Assembly: GCF_006345805.1 (NCBI RefSeq) | Contig: NC_043013.1 | Span: forward strand, 56,482,001-56,546,000 | From: Octopus sinensis | Lineage: Eukaryota | Length of the DNA stretch: 64,000 nucleotides | Direction of reading: 5' to 3' | Part shown: positions 14,850 to 26,230 of the stretch, piece by piece | How the letters are laid out: each line of letters opens with the position of its first letter | Numbering within the stretch: position 1 is the first letter of the stretch | Notes under the pieces: model-generated | Told to the model about the DNA's origin: nothing | The model's input: the letters and a program-made list of their open reading frames with translations, nothing else | Database searches by the model: none | Position numbers and translations under genes: made by a program

Positions 14850-14980
14850 CATTTATATGTAATTATACTCATGGAAAACAGATCAGATGTGTGTCGAATT
14901 TTATTTAGCCACAATTAAGAAAAAGCATTTGTACCAACATCCTAGAATTTCAGCATCCTATCTACATGAACATTCATTCT

Positions 14981-15395
14981 CTTTTACTCTTTTACTTGTT
15001 TCAGTCATTTGACTGTGGCCATGCTGGAGCACCGACATTAGTCAAGAAAATTGACCTCAGGACTTATTCTTTGTAAGCCTAGTACTTATTCTACCAGTGT
15101 CTTTTCCCGAACTGCTAAGTTACGGGGATGTAAACACTCGAGCATCGGTTGTCAAGCGATATTGGGGGGGACAAACACAGACACACAAACATGTATATGT
15201 TTGTGTGTCTGTGTTTGGCCCCCCAATACATATATACAATGGGCTTCTCTCAGTTTCCGTCTACCAAATCTGCTCACAAGGCTTTGGTTGGCCCGAGGCT
15301 ATAGTAGAAGACACTTGCCCAAGGTGCCACACAGTGGGTATGAACCCAGAACCATGTACTTGGTAAGCAAGCTACTTACCACACAGCCACTCCTG
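14981..15395 (-). mobile_element. SINE family A, near full length
   Basis: Full-length similarity to 25831-26230 and 49968-50357; tRNA-like head at the right end, tail cttttacttgtttcagtc at the left. Confidence 0.85.
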
Positions 15396-15679
15396 ATTTG
15401 CATATAAATATTTTGCAAATATTTATGGGAGTTAGAAATTAAAATATAGTTTATTGTATTGAACGTTGATAAAGTTATAAGGGCCTGATGATTGGGGTGG
15501 CATCTTGAGAGGGGTTCCAGGGAAACATGGAGCGGTTTAGGAACCCAAGAATGTACCTCATGAAACACGTGTAGCCAAGGAATAAAACAGTAGGTATTTA
15601 AAATAAAAATAAAAATTCTCTTTAATTGGTGAGAAGTAAGGGTAGACTATCTCTAAATTAAAATCTGTATATATATAGT

Positions 15680-16022
15680 GAAGGTGCAATGGCCCAGTGG
15701 TTAGGGCAGTGGACTCACAGTCATAGGATTGAGTTTTTATTGTGTGAAAACATCTAAAGCTCCACAAAGCTCCGACAGGGGGTGGTGGCAAACCCTGCTG
15801 TACTCTTTCACCACAACTTTCTCTCTTTCTTCCTGTTTCTATTCTACCAGTATTTCAAAGGGCCAACCTTGTCACACTCTGTATCATGCTGAATCTCCCC
15901 GAGAACTGCATTAAGGGTACATGTATCTGTGGAGTGGTCAGCCACTTGCAATTTTATTTCACAAGCAGGCCATTCTGCTTATTGGATCAACTGGGAACCC
16001 CATTTCCATAACTGATGGAGTG
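15680..16022 (+). mobile_element. Probable third tRNA-headed SINE family, decayed
   Basis: Head gaaggtgcaatggcccagtggttagggcagtggactcacagtc has an A-box-like TGGCCCAGTGG; the B-box is not intact. Body recognised from memory only. Confidence 0.4.
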
Positions 16023-16340
16023 CCACAATGATATATATATATATATATATATATTTCAACAATTGAGGGCAAAATTAATTAATTATTAATCAATTTCACC
16101 AAGTGTTCAGTATGCAAAGGGACCATTCAAGGCGAATTCAAATTATTACATTATATTAAAAGGGCTTAGTAAAATAAATTACTTTGCCGCATACTGAACT
16201 CATTAGAAATAGCAGCTAAAAAACTTTTTTAAAGCTATTTCTAATACTTAAAGAAAATCTCTCTCATATATAGTGTTTGCTTAATTCAACTCACAAAAGT
16301 TGGGGGTAAGGACATCGAAAAATCAAATGCTAAGGTTATT

Positions 16341-16392
16341 TGAGAACGTACGTTTCAAGATTAGTCAAAACAACACTTCTATCATCAGCTCA
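16341..16392 (-). ncRNA. Minimal type I hammerhead ribozyme motif, array copy 1
   Basis: Minus strand reads tgag-CTGATGA-t-aga-agt-gttgttttg-act-aa-tct-t-GAAA-c-gtac-g-TT-ctca. Helix I is tgag/ctca, helix III is the palindrome AACGTACGTT, the triplet is GUU. Confidence 0.7.
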
Positions 16393-16881
16393 GAAATTCC
16401 TTGGTTTGGATTTGGAAACACTGAAAATAAGAACATACCCTTTCGAAGATCTGCTCGTAACTAACAGTGCCAACAAATTCAAATAAGCAAGCGAAGAATC
16501 TCTGTTCTCCCCTTTCACCAGCGTGGGTTAAAATCATCAAACACTATGCTTATTTCGGTAAAATCCGAAGCATTAATCAGAGGGAGATAATTATAATTTC
16601 AACAATTGAGGGCAAAATTAATTAATTATTAATCAATTTCACCAAGTGTTCAGTATGCAAAGGACCATTCAAGGCGAATTCAAATATTACATTATATAAA
16701 AGGGCTTAGTAAAATAAATTACTTTGCCGCATACTGAACTCATTAGAAATAGCAGCTAAAAAACTTTTTTAAAGCTATTTCTAATACTTAAAGAAAATCT
16801 CTCTCATATATAGTGTTTGCTTAATTCAACTCACAAAAGTTTGGGGGTAAGGACATCGAAAAATCAAATGCTAAGGTTATT

Positions 16882-16933
16882 TGAGAACGTACGTTTCAAG
16901 ATTAGTCAAAACAACACTTCTATCATCAGCTCA
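16882..16933 (-). ncRNA. Minimal type I hammerhead ribozyme motif, array copy 2
   Basis: Same sequence as copy 1. Confidence 0.7.
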
Positions 16934-17597
16934 GAAATTCCTTGGTTTGGATTTGGAAACACTGAAAATAAGAACATACCCTTTCGAAGATCTGCTCGTA
17001 ACTAACAGTGCCAACAAATTCAAATAAGCAAGCGAAGAATCTCTGTTCTCCCCTTTCCACCAGCGTGGGTTAAAATCATCAAACACTATGCTTATTCGGT
17101 AAAATCCGAAGCATTAATCAGAGGGAGATTAATTATAATTCAACAATTGAGGGCAAAATTAATAATTATTATCAATTTCACCAAGTGTTCAGTATGCAAA
17201 GGGACCATTCAAGGCGAATTCAAATTATTACATTATATAAAAGGGCTTAGTAAAATAAATTACTTTGCCGCATACTGAACTCATTAGAAATAGCAGCTAA
17301 AAAACTTTTTTAAAGCTATTTCTAATACTTAAAGAAAATCTCTCTCATATATAGTGTTTGCTTAATTCAACTCACAAAAGTTTGGGGGTAAGGACATCGA
17401 AAAATCAAATGCTAAGGTTATTTGAGAACGTACGAAATAAGCATAGTGTTTGATGATTTTAACCCACGCTGGTGGAAAGGGGAGAACAGAGATTCTTCGC
17501 TTGCTTATTTGAATTTGTTGGCACTGTTAGTTACGAGCAGATCTTCGAAAGGGTATGTTCTTATTTTCAGTGTTTCCAAATCCAAACCAAGGAATTC

Positions 17598-17649
17598 TGA
17601 GCTGATGATAGAAGTGTTGTTTTGACTAATCTTGAAACGTACGTTCTCA
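17598..17649 (+). ncRNA. Minimal type I hammerhead ribozyme motif, array copy 4
   Basis: CTGATGA at 17602-17608, GAAA at 17634-17637, palindrome AACGTACGTT at 17636-17645; predicted cut after 17645. Confidence 0.7.
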
Positions 17650-18138
17650 AAAACCTTAGCATTTGATTTTTCGATGTCCTTACCCCCAAACTTTTGTGAG
17701 TTGAATTAAGCAAACACTATATATGAGAGAGATTTTCTTTAAGTATTAGAAATAGCTTTAAAAAAGTTTTTAGCTGCTATTTTAATGAGTTCAGTATGCG
17801 GCAAAGTAATTTATTTTACTAAGCCCTTTTATATAATGTAATAATTTGAATTCGCCTTGCATGGTCCCTTTGCATACTGAACACTTGGTGAAATTGATTA
17901 ATAATTAATTAATTTTGCCCTCAATTGTTGAAATTATAATAATCTCCCTCTGATTAATGCTTCGATTTTACCGAAATAAGCATAGTGTTTGATGATTTTA
18001 ACCCACGCTGGTGGAAAGAGGGAGAACAGAGATTCTTCGCTTGCTTATTTGAATTTGTTGGCACTGTTAGTTACGAGCAGATCTTCGAAAGGGTATGTTC
18101 TTATTTTCAGTGTTTCCAAATCCAAACCAAGGAATTTC

Positions 18139-18190
18139 TGAGCTGATGATAGAAGTGTTGTTTTGACTAATCTTGAAACGTACGTTCTCA
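18139..18190 (+). ncRNA. Minimal type I hammerhead ribozyme motif, array copy 5
   Basis: CTGATGA at 18143-18149, GAAA at 18175-18178; predicted cut after 18186. Confidence 0.7.
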
Positions 18191-18384
18191 AATAACCTTA
18201 GCATTTGATTTTTCGATTGTCCTTACCCCCAAACTTGTGTGAGTTGAATTAAGCAAACACTATATATGAGAGAGATTTTCTTTAAGTATTAGAAATAGCT
18301 TTAAAAAAGTTTTTAGCTGCTATTTCTAATGAGTTCAGTATGCGGCAAAGTAATTATTTTACTAAGCCTTTATATAATGTAATA

Positions 18385-18421
<37 letters not shown>

Positions 18422-18505
18422 ACACATGTATGTACATATATATGTATATACACATGTATGTACATATATATGTATATACACACATATATATATACATATA
18501 TGTGC

Positions 18506-18545
<40 letters not shown>

Positions 18546-18725
18546 GTATGTACATATATATGGATGTACACATATATATATATACATTTATGTACATATA
18601 TATGTATGTAAACATATATATACATATATGTGCAATATATTATATATATATATATATATATAATATATGCGTGCATATATATATATATATGCACACATAC
18701 ACACACACATATATATACACATACG

Positions 18726-18760
<35 letters not shown>
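18385..18760. repeat. Compound (TA)n/(TACA)n/(GA)n microsatellite
   Basis: Directly visible. Confidence 0.95.
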
Positions 18761-20559
18761 TAGGAGACAGTAAGTTTTAGATTGATTGTTGCATGTCTAT
18801 TTAAAGTGACTTTAGCCTATGTACAGTTTGTGTCCCAAGTGAACAGAGAAACATAAAAACAACAAACACGAGAAGCCAATGGCTGTACATTACCCCCCCA
18901 CTCCACCCTAGCCCCCACCCACACCCCTCACCGCCATACATCCATGGCAAGGAATGTTATTCTATGGTCTGTATTGTTGTTGTTGTTGTTGTAGTTGTGT
19001 GGTGGTTGTTTATGGTAAATGTGGATGGAAAAAAACAAAGCCCAACCACAATCTATCAATTGCTTCCATTGGAGATATTTGACAGACGTTTCAATATAGG
19101 TCTAATTTTATTTTGGTTTCTATGTTAGCTCCTTCCTCGCTCACCTCTTACTCCTTCTCTTCATCATCATCCTCCTCTTTGTCGTGATCGTTGTCGTGAT
19201 CGTTGTCGTATCATCATTGTTGCCATTATCACTGTTATTATTGTCATCATCATCATCGTCAACATTGTCACCATTATCATCATAGTAATCATCGTCCTAA
19301 TGATTTTTTTTTTGTTTCTTTTTTTCCTAACCTTTCTAATGTATTTCATTATAATTTGCTGAAGTTGTCAAGGATAAGCATTAACCTGCTCTCTTATAAT
19401 GTCTGCAATGATTGTTGAGAGAGAAAGAGAAAGAGAAAGAGAGAGAGAGAGAGAAAGAAGAAGGGAGAGAAGAGGTAAAGGAAAGAGAGAAGGAGTGTGT
19501 GTGAGGAAGATAGATAAAGTAAAGAAAGTAAGAGAGAGAGAGTGAGAGAGGAGAGAAGGACAGGAATTAGTGGAAGAAGACTGTGTCTGTGTGGAAATGG
19601 GAGAAAGAATACGAGAGAGAGAGTGGGGGGGGATTATTTGAAAGAGCAATAAGAAGAATTTGATTTGAGTGAAAAAAATTGTTAAAAGAAATGATAAATG
19701 GATTCTTTCTTGATTGAGAAAAAAAAAAGCAAGAAGAAAAACATGGTTTTGTGGTTCCACAATGAAGTAAAACATCTGTGTGCTTCGGGTGTTGTTGCTG
19801 GGTCACCAGAATCACAATGGACATGAGTTCAAATCAAAATAAAACTCAGAATGTCACTCACAGTTGAGCATGGGTTGTCATCAGGAAGTCTCATACTTCT
19901 GCATCTGTTCTAGATCCCTGCCCCTTGAAGTCCAAATAGATATAGGGTACCCTCATTATTCTGCTACCTTTCACATTGTAGGTCCTCAAATATATGACAA
20001 CTGCAGGTGATTGAATACTTCCTTTCATCAACCCTGAAATGCCAAACGTGTGTGTATGTATGTGACATAGAGCTACCTTGACACGTTTTTAATGATCTTT
20101 AAAGATGTGTTTAATTGTCCAATTAATTGGATTACTTTTTACTGTTGTGAGACCAGGATTTTCTATTACTGAAGGATTTCAGTAATAGTCTGGAATCCAA
20201 CTCGGACTGAGTTCTTCATTTGGAACACACTATCTTTATACCCTACCAGGACCTGATATATATATACATATATATTTATACACACATGTGCATGCATGTG
20301 TGTGTGTGTGTGTGAGTAGAAGGTTGAAAAGTAACATGAGTTAATAGGTATAAGGAAAATAGGACAAGGTAGAAAAGGCTAAAATAATTTTATTATGAAG
20401 AACATTATATTACTGGTTTCAGTCTTAGAGCAAAGAATGAAAAACAATTAAATTGTGGAAAAATGTGAGCCTATATGAGCAGAAAACTATGCATGGATGT
20501 GTTAGTAGAAAACTCTGTGATGATAGTAACATCGATCGTCAGAGCAGTTTATCATGAAC

Positions 20560-21290
20560 CAATAGCTGGGTTATTACCTCCTGCTTTGAAGGGTATGTTT
20601 TTGCAATCCAGGAACAGGAAATATCAACCAAGTACCTGATGCACAAAATGGATACAGATGCAGGAAAAGCTGTAAAATGTGACAACTGATGCAGACTTTG
20701 TGGAGTTCACAGTGAAGATATCCCCTCACATCATAAGCAGTTGTACGAAAATGTCATCATGATATTAAATACAGATGAGACATGATGTTGTAGCTAGGAC
20801 ATTCTATAATGAAATCTGTCTGAAGGATAATCCCGAGGACAAAGAAATTAAAACCCACAATATTGAAGAAGCCATGGCCACCTCATAATAAAAAGGAATA
20901 CTGGTGGAATGTCCCAGTGAAGATCTCAGTAAAATGAAAGCACAATAGACCTGATATGATGTTTTGGAATAGAGAAGAGAAACTGTGTACAGTTGTGGAA
21001 ATCAGCTGCCCAGCAGATGTTAACATAAAGCTAAAGATCAGTGAAAAAGAGAACACCTTCGTTGAGCTATTGAGAAGCCTGCAGTTACTCTATCCAGATT
21101 ATAGGTTCAGGTTTATACCTGTAATTAATGAGGCCCAGTGATATGTAACACATTGCCTAAATACCAATCCTGAGAAATTAGGCTTCTCAAAACCAGAAAG
21201 GAGAAAGCTAATTTGAAGATACACATCCAATCCATCACTGGAACTGTAAAAATTCTGAAGAACTTTCAAGAAGTTTATCATTTAAATATA
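20560..21290 (+). mobile_element. Decayed 3' end of an R4/NeSL-type non-LTR retrotransposon (zinc finger plus restriction-like endonuclease)
   Basis: Manual translation across stops and frameshifts: AIQEQEISTKY..CRLCG..HIISSC..RHDVVA..HNRPDMMFWNREEKLCTVVEISCPAD. These are CCHC-type and PD-(D/E)xK RLE signatures. Confidence 0.8.
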
Positions 21291-23681
21291 TTCAAACATG
21301 TCTAGATATGCAACTCTGTGCATGAGAATACATACATAAAACATACAAATCTACTCATACATACAAACAAAATGGTGCCATGATCATTAAGCATGCAGGT
21401 GTAGAGGATTGTATATAATCTGTTTGGATGTTTTCTTCTACAACTATGCTGACCCCTCCAGCCAAAATCTATAACTGGTGTATTTTTCCAGATACAAATC
21501 AGTGAAAATACTTCTTACCAACTTAGCATTATTAAGATTGGATTTTTAAAGATATACACAATACCATATGGTTGGAATTGATAAGAACACCACCAATGAA
21601 ACCAGTACTATACACACACACACACACATGCAAGCACACATGTGCACACATACACATGTACAGACATACACGCACACACCTGGTTCTGTTTAAATGCATG
21701 TCTTTCATTAAAACACTTACATAATAACCTGGAATATGGAATTAACCAAATTGTGAAATTTCAGTATATTCTCAGTAACAATATATTTACAAACCAATAA
21801 CAAAACATGTTGTGTTTTACTTGTATGCTTCTATTTCTTTTTCCTTCACTTGAAAAATGTCGATTTGATGAAGCAGGAAATAGTAACATTAATTTGTTTA
21901 ATGCTTTTGAAAATAAACAAACCTGAACTTGTTGATCTTCTATATCTTATCTCCGCATAACCATTTACTCAGAACAAGAATTCTAATAAATGTGGTCTTA
22001 CATAATTTGGAGTTCCTTGAAATTGCTTTCATAACTTCAAGAATCCATGTTTTAATCCGTTTCCTGTGCAACATTCAATAAGTCATAATTCTGAATTCTA
22101 AGTGATAAATTTCTATTCTGAACAAATGCAAAATTTAAAATGCTATTATCTCACACACTTGATACATTCCCCGATGCTTCACTTCCTACATTTTTTGGTT
22201 TATGTTGATTCATACAAAATTCCAATGGAAGTCAATTTGTGGAAACGGTCCAGATGCAGCTAGCATCTTTTATTGTTGTCACAATGATTCGAATATATGT
22301 TCACAAGACAGGCTTGGCAATAGCTTCATCATCATCATCATCATCATTATCATTGTCACCATCATTATCATCGTTACCACTGTTAACATCGTTGTCATTG
22401 GGATCAATATCATAATTATCCCCACCAACAAAATTAACATCACCACCACCACCACTAACACCATCATTGTCATTGTCAAAGTCATCACCATTTTCGTAGT
22501 TGCCATAATTATCTGTTAACAGAATACCATTGTTCACGAAAAAGGCAACTAGTTTTTTTCTCTGTTGCTCTGTTGTAATGTTCCAGATCCTTGTCTTGAG
22601 TAACAAACTCTTCTACCATTATCATAACAAGAGCAGACATCTTATTATCTACATCCTATTATCTACATCTGTAAAATGAAGGTCATTTCTAAACAATTGA
22701 TGTCCTTAAATGTTTGCCAACATACATGTAGAGTTATCCACTCCTTTCTGTGAGGGGCATTAATTTAATATATGAGCTACATTTACCTGTGCAGAGAGGG
22801 GAAACTCTTCACCCTTAGCTTGGTATATCTGGAGGCTTAGAGATTAAAAAATGAGCTGACAGAAAGAGAAGTTGAATGCCAACAGTGAGTGATGTGGAGA
22901 TGAGATATGATGACCAGTCATACAGTAAGTAAGACAATGGTATGGGGATTGAGTGTCTCTTGTTATACAGGTGTCAGGATGTTACAGAGGATGTGTAATA
23001 AAGGTGGTGATAGGGGGTGGATTATGGACAAGTATATTAATTGCTGGTGGGTGGAGTTGATAGGCACTTGATGAAGTGGAGACTTGATATTCAATCGTGT
23101 CTTGGTGACAAGGGCAGCGAAGATGCATAATGATGGACAGTTTAGATTAGCAACTAGAAAAGAAAACAAAGAAAACAGTCTGTTTTTGTTGACTCATTAA
23201 GTCAAAAAAACATAAACAAACCAACACCAGTTTTAAAATATTGAGGGGGAAACAAAAAGCATACTTATACACACACATACTACATACACACATACTTTCT
23301 CACACATACTTACATGCACACTCATACACACACACATACTTAAAGTTGCCCTTGACTAAATCACGTCGCAGGGCATTACTCAGCCCACAACTATAATTGA
23401 AGGCACCCAAAATACTTAAGTTAGACTGCACCCAGAACCCCATGATTGCAAAGTGAACATGCTGAACATACAGCGATGTGGACACATGTATGAAGGGGCC
23501 TCAAAATTTATATTTTGTAAGATATTGAGTTCTTTTTCAATTTATCACTATAAACCAGTTTTGTTAGTACACAGTTGCAAGTACACAATCATGCATATAA
23601 GTATATATATGTACAGGGTAGTACAAAAGTAGTTTTACACTTGCATAATCATAAGCCTATATACGTATATACACACACACA

Positions 23682-23721
<40 letters not shown>

Positions 23722-24019
23722 AACTTACTGTTAATAAAAGTCGGAGTGTGTTGCATTCTGTTACTTAAATGAAAAAATGTATTCAAATAAACAATTAATG
23801 GTGTGAAACTGTGTTATAGCATCTAGTTGATAACTGATGAAGAATTAGGGACCCCCTGTGTCTGTCCCCTGCCAGTTGCACACTCAGTATACATCATGCA
23901 TTTCTAAACCTGTCATTTGTTTATTTACAATACATTTTTATAGTATTATGTGTGTGTGTGTGTGTGCATATATATATATATACATATATACATATATACA
24001 TATATATATATATACATAC

Positions 24020-24064
<45 letters not shown>

Positions 24065-24075
<11 letters not shown>

Positions 24076-24780
24076 TATAAGTAAAAGGGCAGGCAACAGG
24101 TTGCTCTACCGCATACCGAAATAGAAGTTCCCGACGCTAAAAGTCATATTTACATACCGAAATCTACCGGTAAATAATTGTTGGTTGTCTGAAAAACCAT
24201 CGAAAAAATTATTTACCCTTATTATTATATTACTAATTGGATTTCTTACTCCATTACGACTATCCCGGTGGTGTGCATGGCAGAATTTTGGAGGGAAAAT
24301 TTACAGATTCAATCGTCTACTTAGTTTTAGCCTATGCTCACCTTCCCCCCACTATCTGATGACGCCTGGTCAAAAGTGGAGGCTGGTGGCATTTGATAAA
24401 TCTAACGAAGATGGTGCTGAAGAAAGACTTTAGGCAATTTCTCGCCTACGATCTAGAAACATGTTCACCATTAATGGTAAGGCATTGTTTTCGTTTATTT
24501 ACTCCTCCTATTTTGCGTATGTGAATTGCAGGGTTATGTCGTATATGGAGCCCCCACTTGTAGAAAATGGAAATAAATAGTCTCCGACTGCCATTTCTAA
24601 TTCTTTCGGTATGCGGTAGAGCAACCTGTTGCCTGCCCTTTTACTTATATACTATATATACTGCACTCTAAAGAAGTTCCCGACGCTAAAGGTCATATTT
24701 ACATACCGAAATCTACCGGTAAATAATTGTTGGTTGTCTGAAAAACCATAAAAAATTATTTACACTTTTATTATATTATA
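24065..24780. mobile_element. 549-bp HHR-bearing unit (about 1.2 tandem copies, + sense) preceded by a 57-bp inverted copy, flanked by (TA)n
   Basis: 24065-24121 is the perfect reverse complement of 24604-24660. 24123-24225 is repeated at 24672-24775 (period 549). An HHR motif lies at 24411-24471. Confidence 0.85.
24411..24471 (+). ncRNA. Minimal type I hammerhead ribozyme motif
   Basis: atggtg-CTGAAGA-a-aga-ctt-taggc-aatttctc-gccta-cga-tct-a-GAAA-c-at-g-TT-caccat. Helix I is 6 perfect bp, helix II has two stems, helix III is the palindrome AACATGTT, the triplet is GUU; predicted cut after 24465. Confidence 0.75.
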
Positions 24781-24781
24781 T

Positions 24782-24828
<47 letters not shown>

Positions 24829-25298
24829 GTATGTATGTATTTAAAAAAAATTTTTATGGCAGTTTTGACTTTAAGAGTCCCTCCTAGCATGAGGCATTTA
24901 TGTATAGTAATGCCCTAAATATAAATATGTTTAAAGGGAAAAATTAATAAATTTTTCCCTTATGAAGTTTTTCACGCTAACCACTTAATAATTTCTTGTA
25001 AAGATTTTATCCTATTTTTAAACACACACACACACACACACATTTATATATATATATATGTACGATGGGCTTCTTTCAGTTTATGTCTCCCAAATCCTCT
25101 CCAAAGGATTTGGTAGCTCTGAGGCTATAGTGGAAGGAACTTGCCACAGGTGTAACACAGTGGGACTGAACCTGGAACCATATGGTTGAGAAGCAACTGC
25201 ACAGTCATGCCTGCACCTATATGTAATAAATATATATATATATAGGTTTACAACTATGCAACTGTAAGCCTACTTTTGCACCACCCTGGATGTCTGCA

Positions 25299-25334
<36 letters not shown>

Positions 25335-25577
25335 TGTATGTATGTATGTATGTATGTATGTATGTATGTATGTATGTATATACATATATGTATGTATGTA
25401 CATGAATGTGTATGTATATATATATATATGTTTAAGTAGTTGAATGAATTATCCTAGTATGAATAATTCGGTTAACCGATACCCGGGTAGCAAATTTATG
25501 TCAGAAAGCACGGTTGAAGCTACATGCCAAGGGCAGAAATCACGTGCTTTCGTGTGGAAATTTGTGTGTTTTTTTAC

Positions 25578-25782
25578 TATAGATAAATGAAAGAATGCAG
25601 TCATCTAAAAGTTTTTGTTCGTCATGATGCTGACATAAGTTCCTTGTCTTTCCGGATGAGAAGACGGCATAATGCACCCTTTATTCCTTCGGAATTAAGA
25701 ATATGCAGTCTTCGAAACATATGTCGAGAATAAAGGAATTTTGTTAAATCGTCGTTGGACTCCATTCTTTCATTTATCTATA
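25578..25782 (+). mobile_element. 205-bp element with 25-bp inverted ends and an HHR-like core
   Basis: 25578-25602 versus 25758-25782 are inverted with one mismatch; the right end runs into (TA)n. Confidence 0.75.
25641..25737 (+). ncRNA. Hammerhead-like motif with a U4-to-G core substitution (probably inactive copy)
   Basis: CGGATGA at 25653-25659; helix II gaagac/gtcttc plus gcata/tatgc; GAAA at 25714-25717; c-atat-g-TC (palindrome ACATATGT, triplet GUC). Helix I is only partly paired with gagaataaagga. Confidence 0.6.
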
Positions 25783-25830
25783 TATATATATATACATATG
25801 TGTATGTATGTACATGAATGTTTATGTATA

Positions 25831-26230
25831 TACTCTTTTACTCTTTACTCTTTTACTTGTTTCAGTCAATTGACTGCGGCCATGCTGGAGCACCACCTTT
25901 AGTCGAGCAAATCGACCCCGGGACTTGTTTTTGTAAGCCCAGCACTTATTCTATCGGTCTCTTTTTGCCGAACCACTAAGTGACGGGAACATAAACACAC
26001 CAGCATCGGTTGTCAAGCAATGCTAGGGGGACAAACACAGACACACAAAAATATATATACATATATACGACAGGCTTCTTTCAGTTTCCGTCTACCAAAT
26101 CCACTCACAAGGCATTGGTCGGCCCGGGGCTATAGCAGAAGACACATGCCCAAGATGCCATGCAGTGGGACTGAACCCGGAACCATGTGGTTGGTTAGCA
26201 AGCTACTTACCACACAGCCACTCCTGTGCC
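25831..26230 (-). mobile_element. SINE family A, full-length well-preserved copy
   Basis: Near-identical to 49968-50357; tRNA-like head at the right end; repeated tactcttt tail at the left. Confidence 0.9.

Larger units (their letters stand above)
16053..18386. repeat. Tandem-plus-inverted array of a 541-bp HHR-bearing unit inserted in (TA)n
   Basis: Left block 16053-17434 has about 2.55 units; right block 17433-18386 has about 1.76 units in opposite orientation. Equivalent tgag anchors at 16341, 16882 and 17423, and at 17598 and 18139, give period 541. (TA)n lies on both flanks. Confidence 0.95.

Noticed and set aside
16053-18386. Interpretation of the array as purely a sequencing artefact or as a CRISPR-like array
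   Set aside because: There are no unique spacers, so it is not CRISPR. The scattered 1-nt indels between copies do look like unpolished long-read noise, so copy number is uncertain. However, the unit's HHR, its homolog at 24.1-24.8 kb and the shared geometry argue for a biological origin.
20163-20188. Perfect 11-bp hairpin ctattactgaa-ggat-ttcagtaatag
   Set aside because: A stem this short is plausible by chance in 64 kb of AT-rich DNA, and there is no associated structure.
24065-24660. Interpretation as a TA-targeting DNA-transposon MITE with 57-bp TIRs
   Set aside because: The internal segment is repeated outside the right repeat with period 549, and the unit carries an HHR and is homologous to the 541-bp unit.
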